Assembly: GCA_022818785.1 (NCBI GenBank)
Contig: CP063811.1
Coordinates: 87,302 to 116,546, forward strand
DNA length: 29,245 bases
Source: Bacteroides sp.
GTDB taxonomy: Bacteria > Bacteroidota > Bacteroidia > G022818785
Direction: 5' to 3'
Below the pieces are notes generated by a model. The model did not search any database. It was given only the letters and a program-made list of their open reading frames with translations, and was not told the origin of the DNA. Positions 9,246-18,330 of this stretch are shown here, one piece after another; within the stretch, counting starts at the first letter, position 1; the number at the start of each line of letters is the position of its first letter. The position numbers and the translations under genes were made by a program.

Positions 9246-10216
9246 AAAAAATAAAAATTGGAATTATAGGCTCAGCAGGATATACTGCAGGTGAATTAAT
9301 AAGATTATTAATTAATCATCCTAATATTGAAATAAAATATTTATATAGTAAAAGTCATTTGGATCAGTATGTATATCAAGTACATACTGATTTATTTTAT
9401 TTAAAAAATAAATTTGTATCATATTATGATGATATGATAGATGTATTATTCTTATGTTCTGGACATGGTAAATCAAAAACATTTTTAAAACAATTTAATT
9501 GTAATAAAAATTTAAAAATTATTGATTTAAGTGAAGATTTTAGAATTGATAATACTTTATATCATAATGGTTATATAAGAAATTTTACATATGGATTGAC
9601 AGAATTAAACAAAAATATTATAAATGAATCATTGAATATTGCTAATCCAGGTTGTTTTGCAACATTAATACAACTATCTGTCTTGCCTTTATTAAATAAA
9701 TTTTTAATAGAATCTGACTTGCATGTTACTGCTATTACAGGATCAACAGGATCAGGTTATAATTCCACTAGTAAGTCTCACTTTAGTTGGCGAAATAATA
9801 ATATATCCACTTACAAGGTTTTTACACATCAACATTTAAAAGAAATTTATAATAATGCTGCATCTGATTTTAGATATAATATAAATTTTATACCTTATAG
9901 AGGAAATTTTACAAGAGGTATATATTCTTCCTTGTATTTTCAATCTGATTTAGATATCAAAAAAGTAATCAAATTATATAAAGATTATTACAATGATTCT
10001 TTTGTATATATAAGCGATTCTGATATTGATCTTAAACAAGTAATTAATACCAATTATTGTTTATTAAAAATTGACAAATATAAAAATAATATATTGGTGA
10101 CAGGATGTATAGATAATTTAATTAAAGGAGCATCAGGTCAAGCCATACAAAATATGAACACTATGTTTAATTTTGATCAAAGATTAGGTTTAAATATTAA
10201 GGCAAACGCATATTAA
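9242..10216 (+). CDS. argC: N-acetyl(acyl)-gamma-glutamyl-phosphate reductase
   Basis: IIGSAGYTAGEL, IDLSEDFR, catalytic ANPGCF and IDNLIKGASGQAIQNMN. Confidence 0.98.
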   Translation: MKKIKIGIIGSAGYTAGELIRLLINHPNIEIKYLYSKSHLDQYVYQVHTDLFYLKNKFVSYYDDMIDVLFLCSGHGKSKTFLKQFNCNKNLKIIDLSEDFRIDNTLYHNGYIRNFTYGLTELNKNIINESLNIANPGCFATLIQLSVLPLLNKFLIESDLHVTAITGSTGSGYNSTSKSHFSWRNNNISTYKVFTHQHLKEIYNNAASDFRYNINFIPYRGNFTRGIYSSLYFQSDLDIKKVIKLYKDYYNDSFVYISDSDIDLKQVINTNYCLLKIDKYKNNILVTGCIDNLIKGASGQAIQNMNTMFNFDQRLGLNIKANAY

Positions 10217-10219
10217 TAA

Positions 10220-10996
10220 ATGAACAGATACTATTTATGTATTATAGGTGGAGGTAAAATTGGAATATCATTTGCTGAAGGATTAATATATAAAAATATA
10301 TTAGAAATAAATAATATTATAATTTCAAAAAAAAATATTAATCCTAATTTTAATAAATTTAATATTACATATGACAATCAATATGCTGTAAAATATTCTA
10401 AAATAATTATATTATCTGTCTTACCATCACAATTAAAAGAAGTTTTAAATGATATTAAACATGTTATAAAAAAAGATCATATTATAATTTCATTTGTAGC
10501 AGGGATAGAAATTGATTATATAAAATTATATTTAAATAATCATATTAATATTATAAGAATCATTCCTAATATTGCTATTAGGAAGGGAGAGTCAATAATA
10601 TGTATTGTAAATAATAATAATGTTAATAATAAGATTATAAATCATTTATTTAGTAAATTGGGATTTATGCTATTTTTAGATGAATCCTGTATTGATGCAG
10701 CTACTTCTCTATTTTCTTCTAATATTGCTTTCATTGCTTATTTAATGAAACCTGTTAATGATTTAATTATTAATAAAATAAACACTAATATTAGTGTAAG
10801 TAATTTATTATTAATTCAATTGCTTAAAGGATTTATTAGCTTAATAAAAAATAATAAAAAAAATATAATTTTTGACTCATTAATAAATGATATTGCATCT
10901 CACAGGGGATTTACAGTTAAAGGTATACAATATATGGAAAAAAAAAATGTACAAAAAAATATTATAAATGCTATATTAAATTCATATAATAAATAA
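10220..10996 (+). CDS. proC: Pyrroline-5-carboxylate reductase, diverged
   Basis: Rossmann IIGGGKIG, IISFVAGI, IRIIPNIA and DAAT motifs; length fits ProC; C-terminal motifs are degenerate. Confidence 0.85.
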   Translation: MNRYYLCIIGGGKIGISFAEGLIYKNILEINNIIISKKNINPNFNKFNITYDNQYAVKYSKIIILSVLPSQLKEVLNDIKHVIKKDHIIISFVAGIEIDYIKLYLNNHINIIRIIPNIAIRKGESIICIVNNNNVNNKIINHLFSKLGFMLFLDESCIDAATSLFSSNIAFIAYLMKPVNDLIINKINTNISVSNLLLIQLLKGFISLIKNNKKNIIFDSLINDIASHRGFTVKGIQYMEKKNVQKNIINAILNSYNK

Positions 10997-11038
10997 ATAT
11001 GTTACTTATTTTTTCATTAAAAAAAAATACAAAATTTT

Positions 11039-12163
11039 ATGCAAATATTTGATGTTTATCCTAAAGTCCCTATACAATTAGTAAATGCTGATAAATATTA
11101 TGTTTTCGACAAAAATGATAATAAATATTTGGATTTTTATGGTGGTAATGCTGTTATTAGTATAGGTCATAAGCATCCTCATTATATAAAAAGTATTTAT
11201 AAAACTTTAAAATCTATATCTTATTATTCTAATTTAATTGAAATTGAACAACAAAATGAATTATCAAATAAATTAGCAACATTAAGTAATTGTATTGATT
11301 ACAATCTTTTTTTGGTTAATTCCGGTGCTGAAGCTAATGAAAACGCATTAAAAATTGCCTCTTTTTATAATGGTAGAAAAAAAATCATTAGTTTTAAAAA
11401 ATCTTTTCATGGAAGAACATCTGGAGCATTATCTGTAACGGACAATTTAAATTTTCAGTCAAACTTTAATAAAAATAATAATGTAATATTTTTACCTATC
11501 AATGATAAAGAGTCTCTATATAAGAATTGTGATGAATCTATTTCTGCTATTATTATAGAAGGTATACAAGGAATGGGAGGTATTAATGAAATAGATTCAT
11601 CATTTATGCAAGCAATTAGAAAAATATGTGATAAATATAATATTATAATGATTGTAGATGAAGTACAATCAGGATATGGACGTACAGGTAATTTTTTTGC
11701 ATATCAATTACATAATATAAAACCTGATATAATTAGCATAGCTAAAGGTATGGGAAATGGATTTCCTATAGGAGGAGTAATAATATCTAATAAAATAAAA
11801 CCTATTATGGGATATTTAGGGACTACATTTGGAGGAAGCTATTTAGCATGTTCAGCTGCGATTGCAGTTTTAGATATTATTAAAAAAGAAAATCTTATAA
11901 ATAATGCAAAAAAAATTGGTTTATATTTTACAAATCAAGCAAAGAGTATAAAAATAATTGATAATATCAAAGGAAAAGGTTTAATGATAGGATTATGTTT
12001 TAAAAATTATGATATAAAATATATACATAATACCTTGTTAATGAAATATAAAATTTTTACTGGATTATCAGGAGATCATAAAACTTTAAGAATATTACCT
12101 CCTTTAAATATTACATATAAAGAGGTAGACTATTTTTTAAATATTTTAGATCAAAAACTATAA
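11039..12163 (+). CDS. argD: Acetyl/succinylornithine aminotransferase (class III PLP)
   Basis: FDVYP, YLDFYGG, NSGAEANE, FHGRT, DEVQSGYGRTG, PLP lysine in IAKGMGNGFP, and GTTFGG. Confidence 0.96.
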   Translation: MQIFDVYPKVPIQLVNADKYYVFDKNDNKYLDFYGGNAVISIGHKHPHYIKSIYKTLKSISYYSNLIEIEQQNELSNKLATLSNCIDYNLFLVNSGAEANENALKIASFYNGRKKIISFKKSFHGRTSGALSVTDNLNFQSNFNKNNNVIFLPINDKESLYKNCDESISAIIIEGIQGMGGINEIDSSFMQAIRKICDKYNIIMIVDEVQSGYGRTGNFFAYQLHNIKPDIISIAKGMGNGFPIGGVIISNKIKPIMGYLGTTFGGSYLACSAAIAVLDIIKKENLINNAKKIGLYFTNQAKSIKIIDNIKGKGLMIGLCFKNYDIKYIHNTLLMKYKIFTGLSGDHKTLRILPPLNITYKEVDYFLNILDQKL

Positions 12164-12164
12164 T

Positions 12165-13133
12165 ATGAAAAATTTCATTTCTGTAAATGATGTAAGTAAT
12201 ATACATCATTTATTATCTTTGGCTAAATTTATAAAAAATAATCCCAAATTTTATCATAAATTAGGTAAAAATAAAATTATTGGTTTAATTTTTTTTAATA
12301 ATAGTCTAAGAACTAGATTAAGTATACAAAAAGCAGCTTATAGTTTAGGAATGGATATTATTATAATAAATGTAAACACTGATAATTGGTCTTTGGAATT
12401 CAATGATAATAAGATAATGAATGGCAACACTGTTGAACATATTAAAGATGCCACTATCGTATTGAATAATTATTGTGACATAATTGCTATAAGATCATTT
12501 GCATCACTTAAAAATAGAGAATATGATTATAATGAAACAATTTTTAATAAAATATTATGTAATATTAAAATACCAGTTGTATCACTAGAAAGTGCTGTTT
12601 TACATCCATTACAAAGCTTTGCTGATTTAATTACAATTGAAGAAAATAAAAATATATATAAAAAAAATAAAATTGTTTTAGCTTGGGCTCCTCATATAAA
12701 AGCATTGCCTCAAGCTGTACCAAATTCATTTGCAGAATGGATATGTAATTATATGAATATTTTTGATTATGAATTTACTATATGTAGTCCAAAAAATTTT
12801 GAGCTTAATAGTAAATACACTTTTGGAGCACATATAAGTAATGATTTAGAACAATCTATAAAAGATGCTGATTTTATATATGTTAAAAATTGGTCATCAT
12901 ATAATGATTATGGATCTATTTATAATGATATAAAGTTTGATTGGTATTTAGATAAAAATAAGATTAAAAAAGCTAATAATGCTAAAATAATGCATTGTTT
13001 ACCTGTAAGAAGAGAATTAGAAATTTCAAGTGAACTACTTGATGGTGAAATGTCTCTTATAGAAGAACAAGTTGTAAATCGTGTTATTGCTACACAATCT
13101 GTTTTAGTATCAATTTTAAATAATTTTATTTAA
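12165..13133 (+). CDS. argF': N-acylornithine carbamoyltransferase (ArgF'; probably the N-succinylornithine type)
   Basis: SLRTR carbamoyl-phosphate motif, MNGNTVEH, HPLQ, WAPHIKALPQAV, and HCLPVRR typical of AOTCase/SOTCase. Confidence 0.93.
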   Translation: MKNFISVNDVSNIHHLLSLAKFIKNNPKFYHKLGKNKIIGLIFFNNSLRTRLSIQKAAYSLGMDIIIINVNTDNWSLEFNDNKIMNGNTVEHIKDATIVLNNYCDIIAIRSFASLKNREYDYNETIFNKILCNIKIPVVSLESAVLHPLQSFADLITIEENKNIYKKNKIVLAWAPHIKALPQAVPNSFAEWICNYMNIFDYEFTICSPKNFELNSKYTFGAHISNDLEQSIKDADFIYVKNWSSYNDYGSIYNDIKFDWYLDKNKIKKANNAKIMHCLPVRRELEISSELLDGEMSLIEEQVVNRVIATQSVLVSILNNFI

Positions 13134-13146
13134 AAAAATTCTTGTT

Positions 13147-14289
13147 TTGTATAAGTATATAATAATAATGGCATTATGTATAATTTTTTATTATAATGGT
13201 ATTATTTTAAATTCTATTAATAATGATTATAATAGTAGTATCTCTATTAATAATAAATTATTATTATTACCTCTACAATTAAAAGAAATAAAGCAAAATA
13301 AACAATTAAAAAATTTCAATTATGAAGTTATAGATTTTTATCAAGGATTTAAATATGCAATAATCAATAAAAATTTCAATGATAAAATCAAATTACATCT
13401 TTATATTTATGATACTGATATAATAGACAATTTTTTTGAGATAAAAAATTATTATTTAGATAAAATTGATATAATAATATGTCCATATTATTTTAATAAT
13501 ATTGATGTAATCAATGATTTTTCAATAAAAAATAACATATATTTTTTTTCTCCTCTAAAAGAAAATAATCTTTTAAAAGATAATTATAATAATATATTTC
13601 TTAATTATTCCTTTGAAAATATAAGTAATAATATTATACAATTTATAAAAAAAAATTTTGCTTCTTACATGAAGATATTAATATTAATTGATAATAATTG
13701 TCAAGAAAATTTCTTATTAAAATTAATAAATGAAAATAATATTTTAATAGATTCATTCATTATTGAAGCAGATGGAAAAAATATATCAAAAATAGATTTA
13801 ATCTTTAATGATAATAATGAAAATATTCTATTTATTCTTTTATCTGAAGATTATAATTTTTGGAAAATTTTTTTTTCTTATTTAGATTTTATGAATAAAA
13901 AAAACAATATAACCATTAATTATAGTATTATAACAAGTACTGATATAAGCACTATGCCGCCTGCCTTCATTAACAAAGCAGAAATATATAATACATATTT
14001 GTTTTCAAACAATATCGTTAATAATAAAATATTTTTAAAAGATTATAAAAAATACTATAATGTAAATCCTTCTAATGCGTCGGTTAATGGCTATGACATA
14101 GCTAATATAATTTTTAAATATTTTTTTTATAAAAATTGCAACACATTTTCCAATAATATTCAAGAAAATTTTATTGGATTAAAAAATAATATTTTATTTT
14201 ATTTTGATACCAAGAAAGGCTTTATCAATGAAAGCGTTAAAATTTTTAAAGTAAAAAATTATAAATTAATAGAAAATGATTTAATATGA
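13147..14289 (+). CDS. Type 1 periplasmic-binding-fold protein (Bacteroidota ABC substrate-binding/LppC-like), diverged
   Basis: N-terminal hydrophobic anchor; LLLPL, DFYQGF, LYIYDT, DIIICP, FSPL and YNVNPS..SVNGYD resemble the Bacteroidota PBP1-domain family. Start is TTG 13147 or ATG 13168. Confidence 0.6.
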   Translation: MYKYIIIMALCIIFYYNGIILNSINNDYNSSISINNKLLLLPLQLKEIKQNKQLKNFNYEVIDFYQGFKYAIINKNFNDKIKLHLYIYDTDIIDNFFEIKNYYLDKIDIIICPYYFNNIDVINDFSIKNNIYFFSPLKENNLLKDNYNNIFLNYSFENISNNIIQFIKKNFASYMKILILIDNNCQENFLLKLINENNILIDSFIIEADGKNISKIDLIFNDNNENILFILLSEDYNFWKIFFSYLDFMNKKNNITINYSIITSTDISTMPPAFINKAEIYNTYLFSNNIVNNKIFLKDYKKYYNVNPSNASVNGYDIANIIFKYFFYKNCNTFSNNIQENFIGLKNNILFYFDTKKGFINESVKIFKVKNYKLIENDLI

Positions 14290-14768
14290 ATATTTTTTTA
14301 ATAGGATTTATGGGATCAGGAAAAAGTACTTTAGGGAAAAAATTATCAGATTATTTAAATGTAAATTTCATAGATTTGGACAAATATATAGAATTTAATG
14401 AAAATTATAATATAAAATATATTTTTAATCAAAAAGGTGAAAAATATTTTAGGTATATAGAACAAAAATATTTAAAACACAAATTTAAAGAACCTTTTAT
14501 AATGTCAGTTGGGGGAGGAACACCATGTTATTACAATAATATAAACTATATGAATCAATATGGCATTACAATTTTTATAAATATAAATATTGAATTTTTA
14601 ATATATAATTTATTAAAAAATAGCAAAGATGATAGACCATTATTAATAAGCAATAACAAAAAATCTTTGTTAAAAGATCTATTTATTAATAGACTCTTTT
14701 ATTATAAAAAATCAAAAGTAACAATTAACAGTAATAACTATATTAATATTAACTCATTATTAAAATAA
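14286..14768 (+). CDS. aroK: Shikimate kinase
   Basis: IFLIGFMGSGKST, DLD, GEKYFR, GGGTPC and RPLL motifs. Confidence 0.97.
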   Translation: MNIFLIGFMGSGKSTLGKKLSDYLNVNFIDLDKYIEFNENYNIKYIFNQKGEKYFRYIEQKYLKHKFKEPFIMSVGGGTPCYYNNINYMNQYGITIFININIEFLIYNLLKNSKDDRPLLISNNKKSLLKDLFINRLFYYKKSKVTINSNNYININSLLK

Positions 14769-16100
14769 TTATTTATCTTTTGTTATGATTTTAATAGGTA
14801 TCCCATTAAAGTCATATTTATTTCTAATATTTTTTTCTAAAAATTTTATATAGCTTTTTGCTATATAATTAGTATTTCGCCCAAAAATTGCAAATATTAC
14901 ACTTTTATTATGTATTTGTGTTATATATTTAATTTTAACAATTTTATTGTTAGTAGATTGAGGTGGATTATTTGTAATAATTGGTAATAAAAATTTATTA
15001 ATATCAGAAGTTTGTATTTTTTTATTCTTTCTCATGTATATATCATGAACTATATTAATAATTTTTATTATATTTTTCTTATTTGTTACAGAACAACACA
15101 ATATAGGGATATAATAGTAAAACATTATATGTTTTCTAATACTCTTTATATAATTAGCAGTATTTTTATTTTCATTTTCTATCAAATCCCATTTATTAGA
15201 TGCAATTAAAATTCCTTTTCCATTTTCAATAGCTATTTTGATAATTTTTATATCTTGATGAGTAATTCCCATTATGCTATCTATCATTAATATTACAACA
15301 TCTGATCTACTAATTGAATTAATAGACCTTATATTGCTATAATATTCTATATTACCCTTTTTAACCTTAGATTTTTTACGTATTCCTGCAGTATCTAATA
15401 GTTTAAAATTATAACCAAATAAATTACATGTAATATCAATGGTATCTCTTGTTGTTCCAGGATCATTATCAATAACACTGTATTCATATTTCATTAAAGT
15501 ATTCAAAAATGATGATTTTCCTACATTAGGCTTTCCTATAAGAGAAAAAATTGGCATTTTGCTATCATCATAATTATTAGGATGATTATCACTATTGATT
15601 TCAGTACATATTCTATCTAGCAATTCTCCTGTTCCATAACCATTAATAGCAGATACTGCAAATATATCGTTGTGATTTATTTGATTAATATAAAAATTAT
15701 TAAGATTATCAATTTTTATATTATTGTCGAATTTATTTATTACTATTAAAATATTTTTTTTATTGAAATTTTTTTTTATTTTATCTATTATTGATAGGTC
15801 TATATATCTAAATCCCATGTCTATATCTAACACCAAAAGTATTAATTTACAATTTTTAATTATACTAAAAGTATGTTGATTAATAGATTTATTGATATTT
15901 TTTTTACTTAAAAATGATATACCTCCACTATCTGCTATTTGAAATTTATTTTTATTCCATGTTACACTTCCATATTTTATATTTATAGTAGTTCCTTCCA
16001 AATTGCTTACTATAGCATCATGTGATCTAGTTAATCTATTAAATAATGTAGATTTACCCACATTAGGACTACCTATTATTAATACCAAATTTTTATACAT
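14769..16100 (-). CDS. der: Ribosome biogenesis GTPase Der/EngA
   Basis: Two tandem G-domains (GSPNVGKS...NKFD; GKPNVGKS, GTTRD, DTAG, NKWD) and C-terminal F.GIPI. Confidence 0.97.
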   Translation of the reverse strand: MYKNLVLIIGSPNVGKSTLFNRLTRSHDAIVSNLEGTTINIKYGSVTWNKNKFQIADSGGISFLSKKNINKSINQHTFSIIKNCKLILLVLDIDMGFRYIDLSIIDKIKKNFNKKNILIVINKFDNNIKIDNLNNFYINQINHNDIFAVSAINGYGTGELLDRICTEINSDNHPNNYDDSKMPIFSLIGKPNVGKSSFLNTLMKYEYSVIDNDPGTTRDTIDITCNLFGYNFKLLDTAGIRKKSKVKKGNIEYYSNIRSINSISRSDVVILMIDSIMGITHQDIKIIKIAIENGKGILIASNKWDLIENENKNTANYIKSIRKHIMFYYYIPILCCSVTNKKNIIKIINIVHDIYMRKNKKIQTSDINKFLLPIITNNPPQSTNNKIVKIKYITQIHNKSVIFAIFGRNTNYIAKSYIKFLEKNIRNKYDFNGIPIKIITKDK

Positions 16101-16111
16101 TTTTTAATAAA

Positions 16112-16999
16112 TTATTTGTTGTATACAAATGTTTTAAGAAAATTATCATTGTCACGCCAATTACAAATCACTCTAACAAATAAATCTAAATATACCTTTT
16201 GACCAATAAAAATTTCAATTTCCTTACGAGATTGTATAGCTATTTTCTTAAGCATCAACCCTTTATTGCCTAATATAATACTTACTTGAGATTTTTTTTC
16301 AACTATAATCTCACATGAAATTATACTAATATCTTCTTTTTCTTTAAATTCTTTTAATAGTACGTATGTACTATAGGGTATTTCATAATAATAAGATTTT
16401 AATATATATTTTTCTATAATTTTAGGAATAAAAAATCTGTTATTTTTATCAGATATGTTATTTTTTAAATTAAAATATGGTTTATGAAAAGGCAAAATAT
16501 TAATTATATTTTGAATTAAATCAGGAATATTAGTTTTTTTTTTGGAAGATATGAAAATTATATCTTTGTTAATTTTTTTGTATATATCACAAATGTCTTG
16601 ACTTACTAAGTCACATTTATTTAATAATATTTTTAAAGGATTTCTAACTTTATTAATAATAGATTGTATAATCTTTATATTACATTCTATTGAATTATTG
16701 ATATCAATTACCAATAAAATTATATCTGAATTATATATTGAACTTATAGAAGCTCTTTCCATGTATTTATAAAGTAATTTATTATACGATTTATTAATAA
16801 AGCCAGGATTATCATATAAAATGAATTGTATTTTATCATTATTATATATACCAGATATTCTTTCTTTAGTAGTTTGAATTTTAGAAGTAACAGGAGAAAG
16901 CTGAAAATTCAATATAGCATTCATCAATGTAGACTTTCCACTATTAGAAGGCCCTATTATACTGACAAATCCTGATTTATACTGATTCATAATTGGCAT
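16112..16999 (-). CDS. era: GTPase Era (possible alternative start ATG 16990)
   Basis: SGFVSIIG...GKSTL, QTT, DNPG, NKCD, EIPYS, KH-domain ILGNKG and VYLDLFVRV...WR. Confidence 0.96.
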   Translation of the reverse strand: MPIMNQYKSGFVSIIGPSNSGKSTLMNAILNFQLSPVTSKIQTTKERISGIYNNDKIQFILYDNPGFINKSYNKLLYKYMERASISSIYNSDIILLVIDINNSIECNIKIIQSIINKVRNPLKILLNKCDLVSQDICDIYKKINKDIIFISSKKKTNIPDLIQNIINILPFHKPYFNLKNNISDKNNRFFIPKIIEKYILKSYYYEIPYSTYVLLKEFKEKEDISIISCEIIVEKKSQVSIILGNKGLMLKKIAIQSRKEIEIFIGQKVYLDLFVRVICNWRDNDNFLKTFVYNK

Positions 17000-17007
17000 A
17001 ATGTAGA

Positions 17008-17079
17008 TGGCGGGGGTCAGAATCGAACTGACGACCTTCGGGTTATGAGCCCAACGAGCTACCTCTGCTCCACCCCGCG
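17008..17079 (-). tRNA. Initiator tRNA-fMet (CAT)
   Basis: Minus strand folds as CGCGGGG-TG-GAGC/AGAGGTA/GCTC-G-TTGGG/CTCATAA/CCCGA-AGGTC-GTCAG/TTCGATT/CTGAC-CCCCGCC-A. The C1:C72 mismatch, A11-U24 pair and three G-C pairs in the anticodon stem are initiator hallmarks. CCA is not encoded. Confidence 0.97.
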
Positions 17080-17085
17080 ATATAA

Positions 17086-17093
17086 CAAATATA
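17086..17093 (-). promoter_or_regulatory. Bacteroidota -7 promoter element (TATATTTG) for tRNA-fMet
   Basis: TAnnTTTG ends 6 nt before the tRNA 5' end, within a 22-nt gap. Confidence 0.65.
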
Positions 17094-17101
17094 TAAAAAT
17101 T

Positions 17102-18316
17102 TTATAAATTTATTAATAAATTTATGGGATCTTCTAATGTTTTTTTTATTTTTGATAAAAATGTAATTGCTTCTTTTCCATCAATGATTCTATGGTCATA
17201 GGATAAAGCCAAATACATAATTGGCTTAATAACTATTTGATCATTAACTACAACTGGTCTTTTAACTATATTATGCATTCCTAGTATAGCTGATTGATCT
17301 CCATTAATAATAGGAGTAGATAACATAGAACCAAAAACCCCTCCATTAGTTATTGTAAATGTACCATTAGAAATATCATTTATACTAATTTTAGCATTAC
17401 GTGCTTTATTGGATAATTCATAAATTAAATTTTCAATATCACTAAAACTCATTTTTTCAGTGTCTTTTAGCACAGGAACTATCAATCCTTTATCTGTAGA
17501 TACTGCAATTGAAATATTAATTTTAGAATTATACAAAATAGATTCGTTATCAATTATCTTAGCATTTATAATAGGATATTCTATTAATGCACTTGTAGAT
17601 GCCTTTACAAAAAAAGACATAAATCCTAAATTAACACCATATTTTTTTTTAAAAATATCTTTGTATTGATTACGAATATTAATAATATTAGACATATCAA
17701 CTTCATTAAAAGTAGTTAGAATGGCTGCCTTATTGGTTATATCAACTAATTTTTTTGATATAATTTTTCGTAAGTTAGACATAGGTATTACTTTGTCATT
17801 CTCATCAAAAGAAGAATTACTCTTTTTAGCTATATTAGATTTTTCATTTATATATTTTAATACATCTTTTTTGTTAATTCTATCATCTTTACCAGATCCT
17901 TTAATTTCATCAATTGAAATATAGTTTTCATCTATAATTTTTTTAGCTGATGGAGCAATTTTCATTGAATTATCTTTATCTATAACAGATTCTTTCAAAG
18001 GAACATTACTTTTTTTATTTACAATATATTCTTTCGAAATATTATCACTTAATTCTTTTATATCAGATTTTTTTGAAGTAATATTACTTATGTCTCCTAT
18101 TAAATCTCCGATTTTAACTATATTATTATTTGCTGATATAATAATATTAAGATATCCTTCCATTTCAGCTACAATTTCAAATGTTGCTTTTTCTGATTCT
18201 ATTTCGGCAATAGGTTCATCAGAATAAACATAATCACCATTACTTTTTAACCATTTAGTAAGTGTAACTTCCATTATTGATTCACCTACATTAGGAATTT
18301 TTATTTCTTTCTTCAT
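17102..18316 (-). CDS. sucB: 2-oxoglutarate dehydrogenase E2, dihydrolipoyl succinyltransferase
   Basis: PNVGESI, lipoyl site [30 protein letters not shown] and catalytic YDHRIIDG. Confidence 0.98.
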   Translation of the reverse strand: MKKEIKIPNVGESIMEVTLTKWLKSNGDYVYSDEPIAEIESEKATFEIVAEMEGYLNIIISANNNIVKIGDLIGDISNITSKKSDIKELSDNISKEYIVNKKSNVPLKESVIDKDNSMKIAPSAKKIIDENYISIDEIKGSGKDDRINKKDVLKYINEKSNIAKKSNSSFDENDKVIPMSNLRKIISKKLVDITNKAAILTTFNEVDMSNIINIRNQYKDIFKKKYGVNLGFMSFFVKASTSALIEYPIINAKIIDNESILYNSKINISIAVSTDKGLIVPVLKDTEKMSFSDIENLIYELSNKARNAKISINDISNGTFTITNGGVFGSMLSTPIINGDQSAILGMHNIVKRPVVVNDQIVIKPIMYLALSYDHRIIDGKEAITFLSKIKKTLEDPINLLINL

Positions 18317-18330
18317 TATTATAATTTTTA

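Noticed and set aside
8281-9812. DnaA-box-like words (TTATCCACT near 8282, ATATCCACA near 8512, ATATCCACT near 9803)
   Set aside because: Mismatched, scattered and inside argG/argC coding sequence; no oriC-like cluster.
17008-17010. Apparent encoded CCA end of tRNA-fMet
   Set aside because: These bases are C71, C72 and discriminator A73; the next bases are TCT, so CCA is not encoded.
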